Below, in pieces: positions 1-13,520 of a stretch of DNA of 64,000 nucleotides. The DNA comes from Felis catus (taxonomy: Eukaryota), in NCBI RefSeq assembly GCF_018350175.1, contig NC_058368.1:93684001-93748000 (forward strand). The letters are read 5' to 3'. A program made the position numbers and the translations under genes. Positions within the stretch are counted from its first letter, which is position 1. Each line of letters opens with the position of its first letter. The notes under the pieces are model-generated. The model made no database searches, was not told the DNA's origin, and saw only the letters and a list, made by a program, of their open reading frames with translations.

Positions 1-3000
1 TAATGAGATCTGACCCAGGGCAGGGCGTGCTAAAAGTTACCAGTAGGAGGGCACTGCTGGGTGGGGAGCCCTGTCTGTTTACCTTTCCCAGTACCAGGGG
101 CCAAAGGCTGTGCAGGGAAACTGGCTTGAACTCATTTCTATTCCATTCAACAAAAGATAACCAGCACTTACTCTGCATTGGAAGCACTGGAAATCTGAAA
201 CCGAGTTCAGATTCAGTTCCCTGCTCAAGGGCCATGTGGGACAGTGGGGGAGAAACCATGGTATCAGACAGGAAGGCCCAGGGAAACACTTCAGCCAGAG
301 GGCAGGTGAATCCCCGTTAGAGAAAAATGGGTTTATTGGTGGTTTGTTTATGGGTTTATTGAGAGGAGGGACTCTCCCGCATCTGATCTCTTACAGAGTT
401 TCTCTTTGGTGACAGGAGGGCATGTTCTGATGGGGCATAAACCTTACGTTCAGTGGCCCGGTTCTTGTGAGAACGGGAGAGGGCTTTAGTATACAGGAAG
501 AGCAAAATCACAGCACACGTAACTTGGCCTACTCCTGTGTCTCTGAGGTCTGAAAGAAGGGAGATTTTATCAGAAGTTTCTGGACTGTAAAATATGGTGG
601 TACTCTGGGAGAGAGGGGCAGGCTTGGATTTTCTGTTCATGCTTTTTAGTCACTGATTGGCTAGTCGGGACAAGGGAGATGAACACTATTTTCTCAGACC
701 CTGTGATAGTTAACACACAGCCACGTCTCCTTCAGGCTGTGAACTGGATCTGGGAGACACTTCCTGGGTCCCCTGCCTCCCGGAAGGAGCCATGTTTGCT
801 CGCTGGGCCTCTGGGCCTCAGGTCAAAGCTCTGTTCAAGCCCATCTTGCAAACGTGAGGGATTTTTTTTTCCTTTTTAATAGTAAGTCTCTACATTACAG
901 AAGCAATTTCCTAAACCGGGGGTTCTAAATCAGTCATCTGTGCTAAGTTTTATTCTATATGTTTTGAAATTATTTCCTCCACTTCCATGTTTTCTGAGGG
1001 TTGGGGGGCAGCCACCTGTTGGGTCTTCTCTCTGCCTGGAGTCTTCACTGTCACCACCATGTCCCCTTCTGTGTCCTGACATTCTCCCTCTCAAAGATGG
1101 ATGCCCACATCATCTCCTGAGAGAGGTAACATCCTTCCCTTCCTACCCACTTTCCCAAACTCGGAAGAGGAAAGAAACTCTATCTGCTTGGCTTTCTTCA
1201 GCACACACTGTGGTCTCACAGACTGTAATTCTTTGGTAAATTACACCAATAATTGTCCACCCATTAGGGGGAATTTGGTCTTTTGTAACATCTTCCTTTT
1301 ATGGATCTTCCAAACAACAGAGGAATGTCCCTCGTATGCAGGGCAAGATTTATTTATTTTTTAATGTTTGTTTATCTTTGAGAGAGAGAGAGAGAGAGAG
1401 TGGGGGAGGGACACAGAGAGACAAGGAGACACAGAATTCGAAGCAGGCTCTAGGCTCTGAGCTGTCAGGACAGAACTCGACACGGAGCTTGAACCCATGA
1501 ACCGCGAGATCATGACCTGAGCTGGAATCAGATGCTTAACCGACTGAGCCACTCAGGCACCCCCATATGAAAATTTAAAAACTACTGTGTGGAGATGGTC
1601 AGCTGAGTATGTGTGTGGAGGTAAGTTTATAATTATTGAGGAAGAAAAAGGACATACTATGAGTACATGATTTTTTTTTTTTTTTGAGAATGTGACTTGT
1701 AAAATGGATACAGATCAGCTAGAATAAGGATGTCTTAGTACCTTGAAGAAAGGAGAAACAGTGATCAATATTTAGGCTTACATTTTTAAAAAATAAGCCC
1801 TGAACAGTGATTTAGAGAGCGGTCATGTCCAAAGATGTTTTTCTCCTATAATTTATTTACATTTGATTTCTCTCGGCAATAATTTAATTACAGTCAAAAT
1901 GTATTACATCTTGCAAAGATAGACCATAATTTTACATCCAGCTTGAGGGGTAAGAAATGAGTTGACATGTTATTTTGCACCTTATGATAAACTGGCTACA
2001 AATCAGAGGAATACACACAGAATTATTTTTAAATGATTTGTACATATCATACACACTATTGCTTTTAGAGGAAATAGGTTCGTGGAAGAAATGGCCCACA
2101 AGATTCTCTGATTGATGTATCTAATAAGCATGACTTTCATACCTACCGTGTGCTGCATTGCCACTTAGGGATTCAAAGACGAGTGAATCCGAGCTGCTGA
2201 CACCAAGAGCTCACAGTCTGCTTGACAAAATATATAGTAAACATTAGAGAGCACAGAGTGCATTCAGGAGTTATGGACACTTAGCTGTGGCTGGGTTGGG
2301 GAGGAGGAAGGACCAAAGATGAAGCCGGGAAGGCCGGTAGGACCTAGCTCTCCCAGGGCCTTAAATAGCACGCAAGGGAGGCAGACATTCGACATTACCC
2401 TGTAGACCAACACTTCTCAAACTTCAATATCCACAAGACACCCTTGGGGAGCTCGCTTAAAATGACACTCAAGGGGTCTGGGCATCTGGGTAGCTCAGTG
2501 GGTTGAGCGTCTGACTCTTGATTTCTGCTCAGGTCATGATCTCAGCCTTCTCTCCTCAAGCATTCAGCCTTCGGAGATTGAAATCTCAACACCAGTTCGC
2601 CTCTGCCGGGGGGACTGAGTTCATCCCAGCCCGTGGTGGCTTCTGTCGCAGCCCTGCTCTGGGTCTCAAAGTGACAAGACTCTGTTATGTGGTGGCAGGA
2701 AAGGAATGGTGGACTGAAAACACAGAACGAGTTGTTTATTCTTTGTGTTTCATTATTATTTTTGTGGGGTTTTTTTAGTTATTTTAAGTCATTTCTTAGT
2801 CCATCCTTCAAAACTGAACCAAGGTGATTAAGCTGGCCATTTCTCCTGCCAGTGATAAACATCCAGCATAGGAAAATGCCAGCCTACAGCAATGAACACT
2901 GATGTGAATTTCCTCTGAGGCCGTCGGTCTTTGGGTCACTGTTGTATGAAAGTGTATGAATATAAACATATTCAGGGGCACCTGGGTGTCTCAGTCGGTT

Positions 3001-3939
3001 AAGCGTCTGACTCCGGCTCAGGTCATGATCTCTTGGTTTGTGAGTTCGAGCCCCGTGTTGGGCTCTCTGTTATCAGCACGGAGCCTGCTTTGGATTCTCT
3101 GTCCTCCTCTCTCTGCCCCTACTCCACTCATCTGTGCGCACATTCTCTCTCTCTCTCTGAAAAATAAACATTAAAAAATTATGGGTCGCCTGAGTGGCTC
3201 AGTTGAGCATCCGACTTCAGCTCGGGTCATGATCTCGCATTCATTAGTTCGAGCCCCACACCGGGCTCTGCACTGACAGCTTAGAGCCTGGAGCCTGCTT
3301 CAGACTCTGTGTCTCCCTCTCTCTCTCTGCCTCTCCCCCACTCCCACTCTGTCTCTCTCTCTCTCTCAGAAATAATCATTAAAAAAAAATTGAAAACACG
3401 AGCAGTGCTTCCTGAAATTCCTTTGTCTATTTACATAGCAAATAGACTTTACATTTGGACGTTTTTCCTAGTTTTGCATGTTTCATCAATGAGGTATGTA
3501 GAAATAGAATACACATGTTTTCTGTCCACAAGTAACATCAAGCCAACACCCATGTTGAAATGTGTTCAATAAAAGCATCTTCCTTTCCCAGGGTTGGACA
3601 TAACCTAGACCAGCAAGGCCTGAAGCGGAAAATCGAAAGCTGCTGGGCTTCTGACTTTTTTTTTTTTTTTTTTAATCTTTAGCCTTTTTACTACCGAGGC
3701 CACTTCCAGGAAAGGGATACTTTTGCTAGAAACTTAACAGCCTCCTACGGGCGCTTGGGCGGCTCAGTGGGTTGAGCATCTGACTTGGTTTCAGCTCAGG
3801 TCATGATCTCACGGTTCATGAATTCAAGCCCTGTATCAGGCTCTGCACTGGCAGTGTGGAGCCTGCTTGGGATTCTCTCTCTCCTTTTCTCTCTCTCTCT
3901 GCCCCTCCCCTACTCATTCTGTCTCTGTCTCTCTCAAGT

Positions 3940-3941
3940 GA

Positions 3942-3993
<52 letters not shown>

Positions 3994-3996
3994 AAA
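3940..3996 (+). repeat. (GAAA)n microsatellite in a SINE tail
   Basis: Read directly. Confidence 0.97.
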
Positions 3997-5210
3997 ACTT
4001 AACAGCTTCCTAAAACCACTGTTCCCAAACACTATGCAAGAGACGATGCATTTATCAGCTTGAAGTTACCTTAAGATAATATATTCTCCCTGTTAGAAGG
4101 GACCTTTTGAATTATTTAACACAGTGATTCCTAAACCTGGCTTCTAATCAAAATGGCCCACACAGCTTTAAAAAAAAAAAAAATTCTTGTCTTTACCATA
4201 GTCTTCTGAACTGAGTAAAAAGCTTTGGAAGTGAGTCCCACTATATATAGCCTTTTAATTTTTTTAAATTATTTTATTTTTAAGTAGTTTCCTTACCCAC
4301 TGGGGGGGCTTAAACTCACACAACCCAGAGACTGAGAGTGGCAGGCTCAATTGAGCCAACCAGATGCCCCCCAACTGTGGTCTTTTTAAAGCTTTTTAAA
4401 GTTCTGAATTTGTCAATCCAAATTCGATATATATCTCTAAAATGAGAGAGATTATAAAACACAAGCCATTGTCATAGCTAATGAAATTAAAAATAATTCT
4501 TTTAGGGGCACGTGGGTGGCTCAGTCGCTTGGGCATCTGACTTTGGCTTAGGTCATAATCTCATGGTTCATGAGTTCGAGCCCCGCATCGGGCTCTGTGC
4601 TGACAGCTCAGAGCCCGGAGCCTGCTTTAGATTCTGTGTCGCCCTCTCTCTCTGCTTCTTCCCTGCTAATGCCCTGTCACTCAAAAATGAATAAATGTTA
4701 AAAAAATTTTTTTTTAAATAATTCTTTAATATCCTCTAACATCTAGTTCACAACCAAATTTCCCTAACCATCATTTGTTAGTTTTACAAGTTAGATCTAG
4801 CACACTGATTAGATTCAACCTCAGCTATTTTGGGCAGTGGTACTTTAGAGATAATACTCTGTATTTCACAGAGCATTTTATCCGGAGGCACGTGATGTCT
4901 GCTTGTTCTGTCGGAGATGGTGGAATTGATTAGTGGATTCAGGGGATGGCACCTGGCCTTCCACTGTCAAGTTCTCCACCAACTTTTTTTTCCTAATGGT
5001 TTCGGTATCCACTGATGATCGCTGCCTAGAATGCATTAGTGTTTGCAAAATAGTTTTTATCACCATCATTCTTCCTACATTTTTTTTTTTAATTTTTAAA
5101 ATGTTTATTTATTTTGAGACAGGCAGAGAGAGCACAAGCAGGGGAGGGGCAGAGAGAGAGGGAGAGTAGGGGGCGGGGGAGCAGGCTGAGATAGGGAGAG
5201 AGAGAATCTT

Positions 5211-5426
5211 TTTTTTTTTTTTTTCAACGTTTATTTATTTTTGGGACAGAGAGAGACAGAGCATGAACGGGGGAGGGGCAGAGAGAGAGGGAGACACAGA
5301 ATCGGAAACAGGCTCCAGGCTCTGAGCCATCAGCCCAGAGCCTGACGCGGGCTTGAACTCACGGACCGTGAGATCATGACCTGGCTGAAGTCGGACGCTT
5401 AATCGACTGTGCCACCCAGGCGCCCC
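5211..5426 (-). mobile_element. Young felid SINE nested in an older SINE (about 5080-5564)
   Basis: Same diagnostic body as the 52478 copy. TSD gagaatctt at 5202-5210 and 5427-5435. Confidence 0.92.
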
Positions 5427-8420
5427 GAGAATCTTAATCCCAAACAGGATCTGCACCACCAGCACAGAGCCTGACCCGGGGCTTGAACTCATGAACCGTG
5501 AGATCATGACCTAAGCGAAAATCAAGAGTCGGATGCTTAACCAACAGAGCCACCCAGGCGCCCCTCACTCTTCCTACATGTACGCGCTGAGCATTTTTCT
5601 GCAAAAGGGAACTTAACCTCACCAAGCAGGATGGTCGGTTTACTGTGAAAATGCAGTTTGTTCAGAGCAGCTGATCAAAATGCTTACTTTTTAAGAGAAA
5701 CGGGTTAAATCAAGCGGCGTGTGTTTGTTTCTGCGTTCAACACCGCCCTGGCCAAACCGAATGCCATCTGCGATCAGGTCTGGCTGTGCGCGGGCAGCCT
5801 GCAGGCCTGTCTGTGCCCGGCTCCTGCTTTCCAGCTGAGCCTCCCCTTCTCCAGCACCGGGGAACTGACCTGGGCTACCTGGTCCAGCTTCACACAGCCC
5901 TGATGTCCCAAAGTTCTCCAGGTGTCTCTCACAGCGATTCGTGTATTAGTGCCCTCACTCAACCAGCGTTACTTGTCGTGCGTGCGTGCTTCAAGCTTAC
6001 AGCAGCCAGTTACTGGTGGAGCCACAGTGCGGCTAAGGAGGGGTATGCGGTTAAGCCGGACCTAAATCTTCACCTGCTCCCTCTACAGCTACCTGACACA
6101 ACGGCTCGGCAAACACAAAAAGTGCAAGCGATTCACAAAGCACCTTCCAGGCAAGTCCTCCAGGCCTCACCTGCTTACTGATGCCCCCCATCCCCCAGGA
6201 GAAATTCTGGAGTCGCCACTCAATCTACTCACCTCTTTCCACAGAACAGCCCTTTAGGGATCCGAACATGACAACTAGCCATTTTTTCCCTTGCCTCCTT
6301 TCCCGCCCTTCCCACCTCTGACCTTCTGCACGTGTGGCACCTTGAATGCACTCTGCTCTCCTGACAGTACAGATCACACTCGGGTCACCACCTCCCCCTC
6401 GATCTAGCGACTCGGCCCTCAGCAGCAGGGGAACCGACTTTGGAAAATTTTAATGCGTTGGCCTTGGCATTTCCTGCTCCTCCGGGGGCACTCATTTGCC
6501 TGGAAGGGTTTAGACTGTTTCAGCACGGAGAAAGGGAAAAAAAGAGGAAGCTTTTGAGTGTGCAGCAAAACGAGAAGCAGAAAGTCAGCTTTTGTCACGT
6601 GGGACAGGGTTTTACAGATTTCTTCAAAGTGCAATGGAAATGTCAGGTCACTGGTGGAGAGAACTTGGAAGTGAAGAAAGGAAAGGACCCGCCACCAATG
6701 AAGGGGGGGTAATTCTGTGGCCCCCAGCCCTGGGGGAGTATGGAAAGGATGAAAGGCACAGGCAGAGGAAGGGAGGTGTGTGGACGCCCAGTAGCACGGT
6801 CCAGACAGGCATGAACACAGGCTGACCACCTGCCAGTATTGCCCTTAGATCAAACCCCTGCACTTTAGGGGACCACAGTCCAAGACACCCCATAAAATGA
6901 GGAATTGGTGGGGCCCCCTTCTAGACAATGCTCCTGGTACCAGAGATCCAGGCCCTGCGTGGGCTTCTTCCCTGGGTCCTTTTTGGACTGTGCTGTTCGG
7001 GTGTGAACCCCCTAGGTCCAAGGTGTGATGGAAGGAAGCTTCTCAAGGTGTGGGAAGGGCCCTAGGAGGGGGAGATGAGGGCTGGTCATGGCCCAGGAAC
7101 CCGGAGGAGGCCAAGATTTCTGAATCTGAGCCTGGAAGGCCAGGCTCATGTTCCACCGAGGCAGGTGAGAGGGTGAGGGGGGTGAGGTAGGAGGCTGGGG
7201 GCACGTTGTGAGCAAAGAATGCCTGACTCGGACCGTGTGCCATATCAGACGGAGAGGGTACAGGTGGGCAGAGAGCCGTCCCCACACTCCCTGTTAGAAG
7301 AGGAGAAAGCTGGGACACCTGGCTGGCTTAGTCTGTAGAGATGCGACTCTTGAACTTGAGACTGTGAGTTCAAGCCTCATGTTAGTCATAAAACCCACTT
7401 AAAATGAATGAACGGAGGTATGGATAAATAAGAGGAGAAAGCGATGCTTATTCTGTGAATCAATGATTCACAATCATTCCCAATGATTGTAGGAAGCCAC
7501 GGCTGGCCAACCAGCACACCAGGGAGAAAGCTCTGGATTTCTGTTCTCAAGACCAGCACTGCCACTGTCCAATCATGGCCCAGGGGTGGAAAATGAAGTT
7601 AACTATTGATGTGTGTTATTCACAGTTACTTGGTATGACCTGCTATTTTTCCAAATCTGGCATTATATATGTGTGTCAACCAGGAAGATCATATTTCTCT
7701 AGTTTGACTTGTAACTCTTTCATATTTAGACGTGGTAATGGGGTGGCCTTGTGCCCTGCTTCTTTGGGCACAGCCTAGACTAAGAGGCTGTAGTCCTAGG
7801 AGTAACACACCTAGTTTACCTCCACATCTGGCACCAAAATGGGAGGGGAGGGAGTTGGATAATACAAAATGGAGACAGATTTGGGCATAAAGATCTAGGA
7901 CCAGCCTGACAGCCAAGAGGCCGCGTGGTGGGACTCTGCCATCAGAAAGGCCACACTAGACCGGCAGGCACCTCAGGAGACGCCAGCAGAGGGACCCAAT
8001 CAGAGCAGCAACCTGCAAAAAAGGCCCCATCAACCACCAGGAGGCACATATATCCAAGATGACAAGGAGCCAGGAGCCAGAGAGAACAACCACCGACCTG
8101 AGCAAAGACTGAAACTAGTTGTTGCCAAATTTAAATGGCCCCAGCCCGGGGCCTGCCCTACCCAAAGTGATTGGCAAATGAAGAGTGGGTCCATTTGAGA
8201 AACTGAAGGTTTTCTTTGCATATCTGAGCATTAACATTGGCAACCCTGTTACCGCAGACAGAGACAGTATTACCCTTTTTGGGGTGGGCAGGAAGATCAC
8301 ATTGTTGAAACAGACTGCGCTTATTATGGACTAAAACCCGTACCTTTTTTAATATTTAAATCTGCAAATACTTGTGGGGTTCTCATTTGCGTCTCCTGCC
8401 CGAGCTGCTTTTTCTACATC

Positions 8421-8625
8421 CGTGACTGGCTCTCAAATTTGACCCTGCATCACAGCCACTGAGAGGGCTTGTTGAAACACAGGTGGCTGGTCCTCCCCAC
8501 ACCCTCACCTCCATTTCTGACTCAGTAGGTAGGTCTCAAGTGGGGCCAGAGAATTTGCATTTCTAAAAGTTCCCAGATGATGTCAATGCTCCAGTCTGCA
8601 GACCACACATTTTGAAAACGACTGT
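8421..8625 (+). mobile_element. MER5A-like hAT-Charlie element
   Basis: Diagnostic ttctgactcagtaggt..gggccagagaatttgcatttctaaaagttcccagatgat motif. Related fragments at about 2405-2470, 4120-4250 and 59600-59777. Confidence 0.75.
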
Positions 8626-8954
8626 CGACTGTCGTAAGCCTAGTAAGCCTACGTTAATGGAGAGACATTATTCTGATTTCACCCTTTCAGACATGAACTG
8701 ATTAGCATTGACTCATACAGCACCAATCAACAGCCCCACCCTACCCCCAAACCTAGCAAATCTTGTTCTCTACACGTGTTGTTTATCAACAAGGGAACAC
8801 CAAAAATTTTTTGTATGCAGAATGGAAAAACTTAAAGGTTGAAAATATCCAGTGCTGCAGAAGAGAAAGAGGTGCTCCAATACTCTGTTAGCAAGTTTAT
8901 GAATGGCTACCCTGTTTCTGGATGGCAATTTAACAGTAACTACCAATACTTTTT

Positions 8955-8985
<31 letters not shown>

Positions 8986-10388
8986 GGTGGTGATACCAAT
9001 ACTTTTTAAGTATACATCCTTTAATCCAGAAATATCCTGCTAGGAACCCCACAGACATACATATGATGTACAAAGAAGTGCTTGTAAGTTGGAAGTAACC
9101 AAATGTCCCTTAATGAGAAATTGTAAAATCAGTACCAAGAGTCATAAAAGCAAAAGGTATTACCTGAACGATTCTTCTTCTCTGCCCATTTCTAGAATTT
9201 AACCACTGAATGTTTTTCTACATCATGTTCTGTAGCAGAAAAGAAGGTACTCTGTAGCAGAATATCGCTTGTGGATATTCTAGTGTGAAAGTCAGTTGCT
9301 GAAATCCAAACGCAAGATGAAAACCCATTAGCATTTGAGTAAGCTACTTCTGTGCTTTATCAAATTGATTCTTTCAGCGATTATTTTCTTCCAGTCCTCA
9401 GGGACTTCACAAAGCTCTACCCAACTCCCAGACTTCCTCATCTAGGATTACATCAGAGGAAAAGTGGCTTGGACTTCCTCCAGTGAATTTTACTGCCTTT
9501 CATGTTCCCACAGACACTTTGTAAAAACTTTTTGAAATGTTTAGAGACTCCTAATAGGTTGTGGGCTAAGTATGATGAGGCCCTGTGCACCCATAATGCA
9601 CGGTCTATGTCAATGACATAGACCTGTGGGGCATTATAGGTTAACTCAAGAAATCCCACATACACTTTTAGTGGTGACCCTTAATTTAGTCAAAGCCTTC
9701 AGAGCCTCAGTGAAAAATTATTAGAACTGAAGATCCAGGGGGACGCTTGGGTGGCTCAATTGGTTAAGTGTCCAACTTCAGCTCAGATCATGATCTCATG
9801 GTTTGTGGGTTCGAGCCCCGTGTCGGGCTCTGTGCTAACAGCTTGGAGCCTGGAGCCTGCTTCAGATTCTGTGTCTCCCTCTCTCTCTCTCTCTCTCTGC
9901 CCCTCTCTGGCTCACTCTCTGTCTCCCTCGCTCTCAAAAATAAAATAAATGTTAAAAAAAAAATGCAAGAAAAAAAAACAGAACTGAAGATCTAGAAAAA
10001 AGTGAAAAGGGGCAAAAAGATGAATACGTTAAAGAAGTGCTATGATCAAAGAAAAGCCCTATCCTGGGGACAGAAAGTGTGCACTGTATTCTGGATACAG
10101 AACGACCACAGACTTTTATATTAGAAAACACATTACATCTATCTCTGTCTTGCATATCTGTATTAATATATACACATGCACGATGTATTCTAGAGATATG
10201 TTCTTATCTAAGAATATAGTACGGGGGGGGGGGCACTGGGTGGCTCAGTCGGTTGGGCATCTGACTCTTGGTTTTGGCTTAAGTCACAATCTCACGGATC
10301 GTGAGTTCGAGCCTCGTTATCAGGCTCCGCGCGGATAACACAGAGCCTGCCTGGGATTCTCTCTCACTCTCTGCCCCTCCTCTGCACT

Positions 10389-10612
10389 TTTTTTTTTTTT
10401 AATTTTTTTTCAACATTTATTTATTTTTGGGACAGAGAGAGACAGAGCATGAACGGGGGAGGGGCAGAGAGAGAGGGAGACACAGAATCAGAAACAGGCT
10501 CCAGGCTCTGAGCCATCAGCCCAGAGCCTGACGCGGGGCTCGAACTCCCGGACCGCGAGATTGTGACCTGGCTGAAGTAGGACGCTTAACCGACTGCGCC
10601 ACCCAGGCGCCC
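10389..10612 (-). mobile_element. Young felid SINE nested in an older plus-strand SINE (about 10228-10645)
   Basis: Same diagnostic body. TSD ctgcact at 10382-10388 and 10613-10619. Confidence 0.92.
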
Positions 10613-11299
10613 CTGCACTCTCAAAATAAAACTTAAAAAAAAAAAAGAATACGGCACATACATGACCTTGCGTGAGTTCCTCTGTCTTTGGGCCTCAGAT
10701 TTATAATTTGTAAAATGAGGGTGAGGGACTAAGCTTCTATGATCTTTTCCAATGCCGCAATTCTGAGTTACAAGATGGTTATTTTATTGTCAGAAGATAA
10801 TTTTCTGATACTTAAAATCTCAGCTTCAAGGTACGAGTGTGCACCAATATGGTCTTCGAAAACGATGTCTTTTTTGCAAAAGCCATCAGAATTTAAAATG
10901 TGCATAGTCTTTGCCCCAGCCATTCCACATCTTTAAGCTTAAAGAGTCACCCCAGAAGAGGGCACCTGGGTGGTCAGTCAGTGAAGGGTCCCACTCTGGA
11001 TTTTGGCTCAGGGGATGATCTTGTGGTTCGTGGGTTTGAGCCCCATGTCGGGCTCTGAGCCTGGAGCCTGCTTTGGATTCCACGCCGCCCTCTCTCCTGG
11101 CCCCTCTCCCACTCGCACTCTCTCTCTCAAAAATAAAAAAAATTCAAAAATTAAAATTAAAATTAATCTTCTCTGGGGGGCCTGTCTGGCTTAGTCTGTA
11201 GAGGGTGCAACCTCTTGACCCTGGGGTTGTGAGTTCAAGCCCCACATTAGGTGTAAAGATTAAAAATAAAATTTTTAAAAAATAAAAATTAAAAAAAAT

Positions 11300-13520
11300 T
11301 AAAGTTCATCTTCTCACGGATTTCAGATGTTGTTTTTATTGTATTGCTACCATTGGGTCTATTCTTGGAATTTCTCTTCTGTCCCACTGGACCTCCAATT
11401 CCTGGGCTGATACCAAACTTTTAATAAGGGAGGATTTAAAAGTGTGTTTTAATGTCTGGTAGGGCTAGTTCCCTCTCATTCTTCTTTGTAGTTTCCATAG
11501 CTTTTCTTGTATGCTCTCTCAAATAGAAGCAAACATAATTTTCCTTGGGAGAAAAGCATGTTTTTATGTTGAGTCTTCCTATCTAAGGATAGGATACATC
11601 TTTTCAACTGTTAAAGTTTAATTTTCTATCAAGAGTTTATTTTTTAAAAGTTTTCCTTAATGCGGCACCTGGTTGGCTTGGTCGGGAGAGCATGCGATCT
11701 CAGGGTCGTGAGTTTGAGCCCCGTGTTGGGCTTAGAGAGTCAAAATAATAATAATAATAATAAAGTTTACACGGTTTTCTTTTTGTAATTACAAAAGAGA
11801 TCTTCAAGTACACCTCCTAACTAGTTCAGGTTTGTATATATATGAAATCTTTTATCCTTTTTAGTAAATATTTTTATTGAACTGTAATTATACATACAGA
11901 AAAGTGCACAAACCGTAAGTGTACGTATCATAAAGCGAATGCACTTATGTAACCAGCACCTGAACGAAACAGAACGTTACCAGCACCATAGAAGCGGCCT
12001 CATACTCTTCTAGGCCTCGTTGAGCTGAAGAAGCCAGGTGAAAAATAATGTATACGATTCCACTTCCATAAAGCTTAAAAACAGACAAAACTAATTGATG
12101 GTGATTTAAGTCATGATAGTGCTTACCTTTGGAGGGGGAGGTGGTGACTGAAAGGGGGTGCTGATTTTTGACACCCATAAGTTTTGCCTGTTTTGAACTT
12201 CATTTAAATGGATCCAGAGTTAGATACTCTTTTGAGTCTGGTGAGCACTTATATATATGCATGAGTTTTGAATGTATATTTGTACGTAATTGCTACTTTA
12301 CTAAGTTCTCTTAGAGCATTTCAACAAACTTCTTTCAGTTTTCCAAATATAAATGTGTATCTGCAATTCTTTTCCATGCAATTCACATGGCTTTTGTCAA
12401 ACTGCTCTGGCTAAAATCAACACAATGCTAAGTGGCAGAGAGAGAGAGGGGCACGTCTTGTTCTCGACTTTAAGTGGAAAGCTTCTTTTGTTTTGAGGTT
12501 AAGGTGCTGTCTTTTGGGCAGAGGTACAATGTTAATGAATTACTCATCGATTTCTGTTTATTGAGTACATTCAGCATGAATTGAATGCTCAATTCTATCA
12601 AATGCCTTTCCTGAAAAATGGAGAAAAAATGATTTTCTTCTTAACTCTTTTAATACAATGAATAGTAACAGTCTACTATTGAATTACCCTTGCATTCCTG
12701 TAATAAAGCCAACTTTGTTATGATGTATTATTTCTTGAAAGTGCTTTGGGGTTGTTGGCTAATACACTGTTAAAGTTTTTGCATTGATATTTGTGAGTGG
12801 TCTATAATTTTCTCTTTGGTATGGTCTTTGTCAAGTTTTGGAAACAATGCTATTATATTTGCTTTACAAAATGAATTTACAAGTCTTTAAATTTTTTTTT
12901 TTTTTTTTTTTTTTTTTGGCACTTTGAGGCTCAAGATTCTTTTTCTAGCTTCTGGAATTGTATAAACGCCAGGATTATTTCATCTTAAGGTTTGGTAGAA
13001 ATCCCTTGAAATAATCAAGACCCAACACTTTTTTTGGTAAGGAGTCCTCTATTAGTTTCTTCTATGATAATTGATTTAAATTTCTGTATCTACAAGGTAA
13101 ACCCTGGCAATTTCAATTTGCATTTTTCTAAGAAAAGTTAGTCTTCTGATTGTATAAAATTATTTAAAGTAGTCTTAGAGTTTTGAAATTTCTCCTGTTT
13201 TATGGTTATTTCTCCCATGTCATTTCAACCTTTTGTTCTTGAATAGGTTAGGTGGTGGTAATCTTCCTCTCTCCCTTTTACAAATTCCTTTCTTCTGTTT
13301 TCTTTTGGTTTGCTTTTCTGCTCCAAGTTTTTAAGATTTAATTTTCAGCTTCTTCCATTTTTAATGCTACAGTTCTAACTACTATAAATTTCCTGTCCTA
13401 ACTGCTTTTTAAAAGAAATATATTGAAGTGTTCATCAGCCCTGTGGTCATGTCTTTCTGGTGTGCTTGCCCTGTTTATTCTTATTTTGTCTTTGGAGGAG
13501 ATTTGATTGTAATCCTTCTC
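11300..13520 (-). mobile_element. Highly decayed ancient L1 fragments (L1M/L1ME-like)
   Basis: T-rich antisense L1-like motifs (ttctcgactttaagtggaaagc, aaatgcctttcctg, ttgcattcctgtaataaagccaact). Boundaries approximate. Confidence 0.6.

Noticed and set aside
2974..3070. tRNA genes (A/B-box sequences here and at many other sites)
   Set aside because: They are the tRNA-derived heads of CAN-SINEs, followed by (CT)n and A-tails.
6518..6540. REST/NRSE site (TTCAGCACGGAG)
   Set aside because: Only the left half matches; the spacing and the GGACAG right half are absent.
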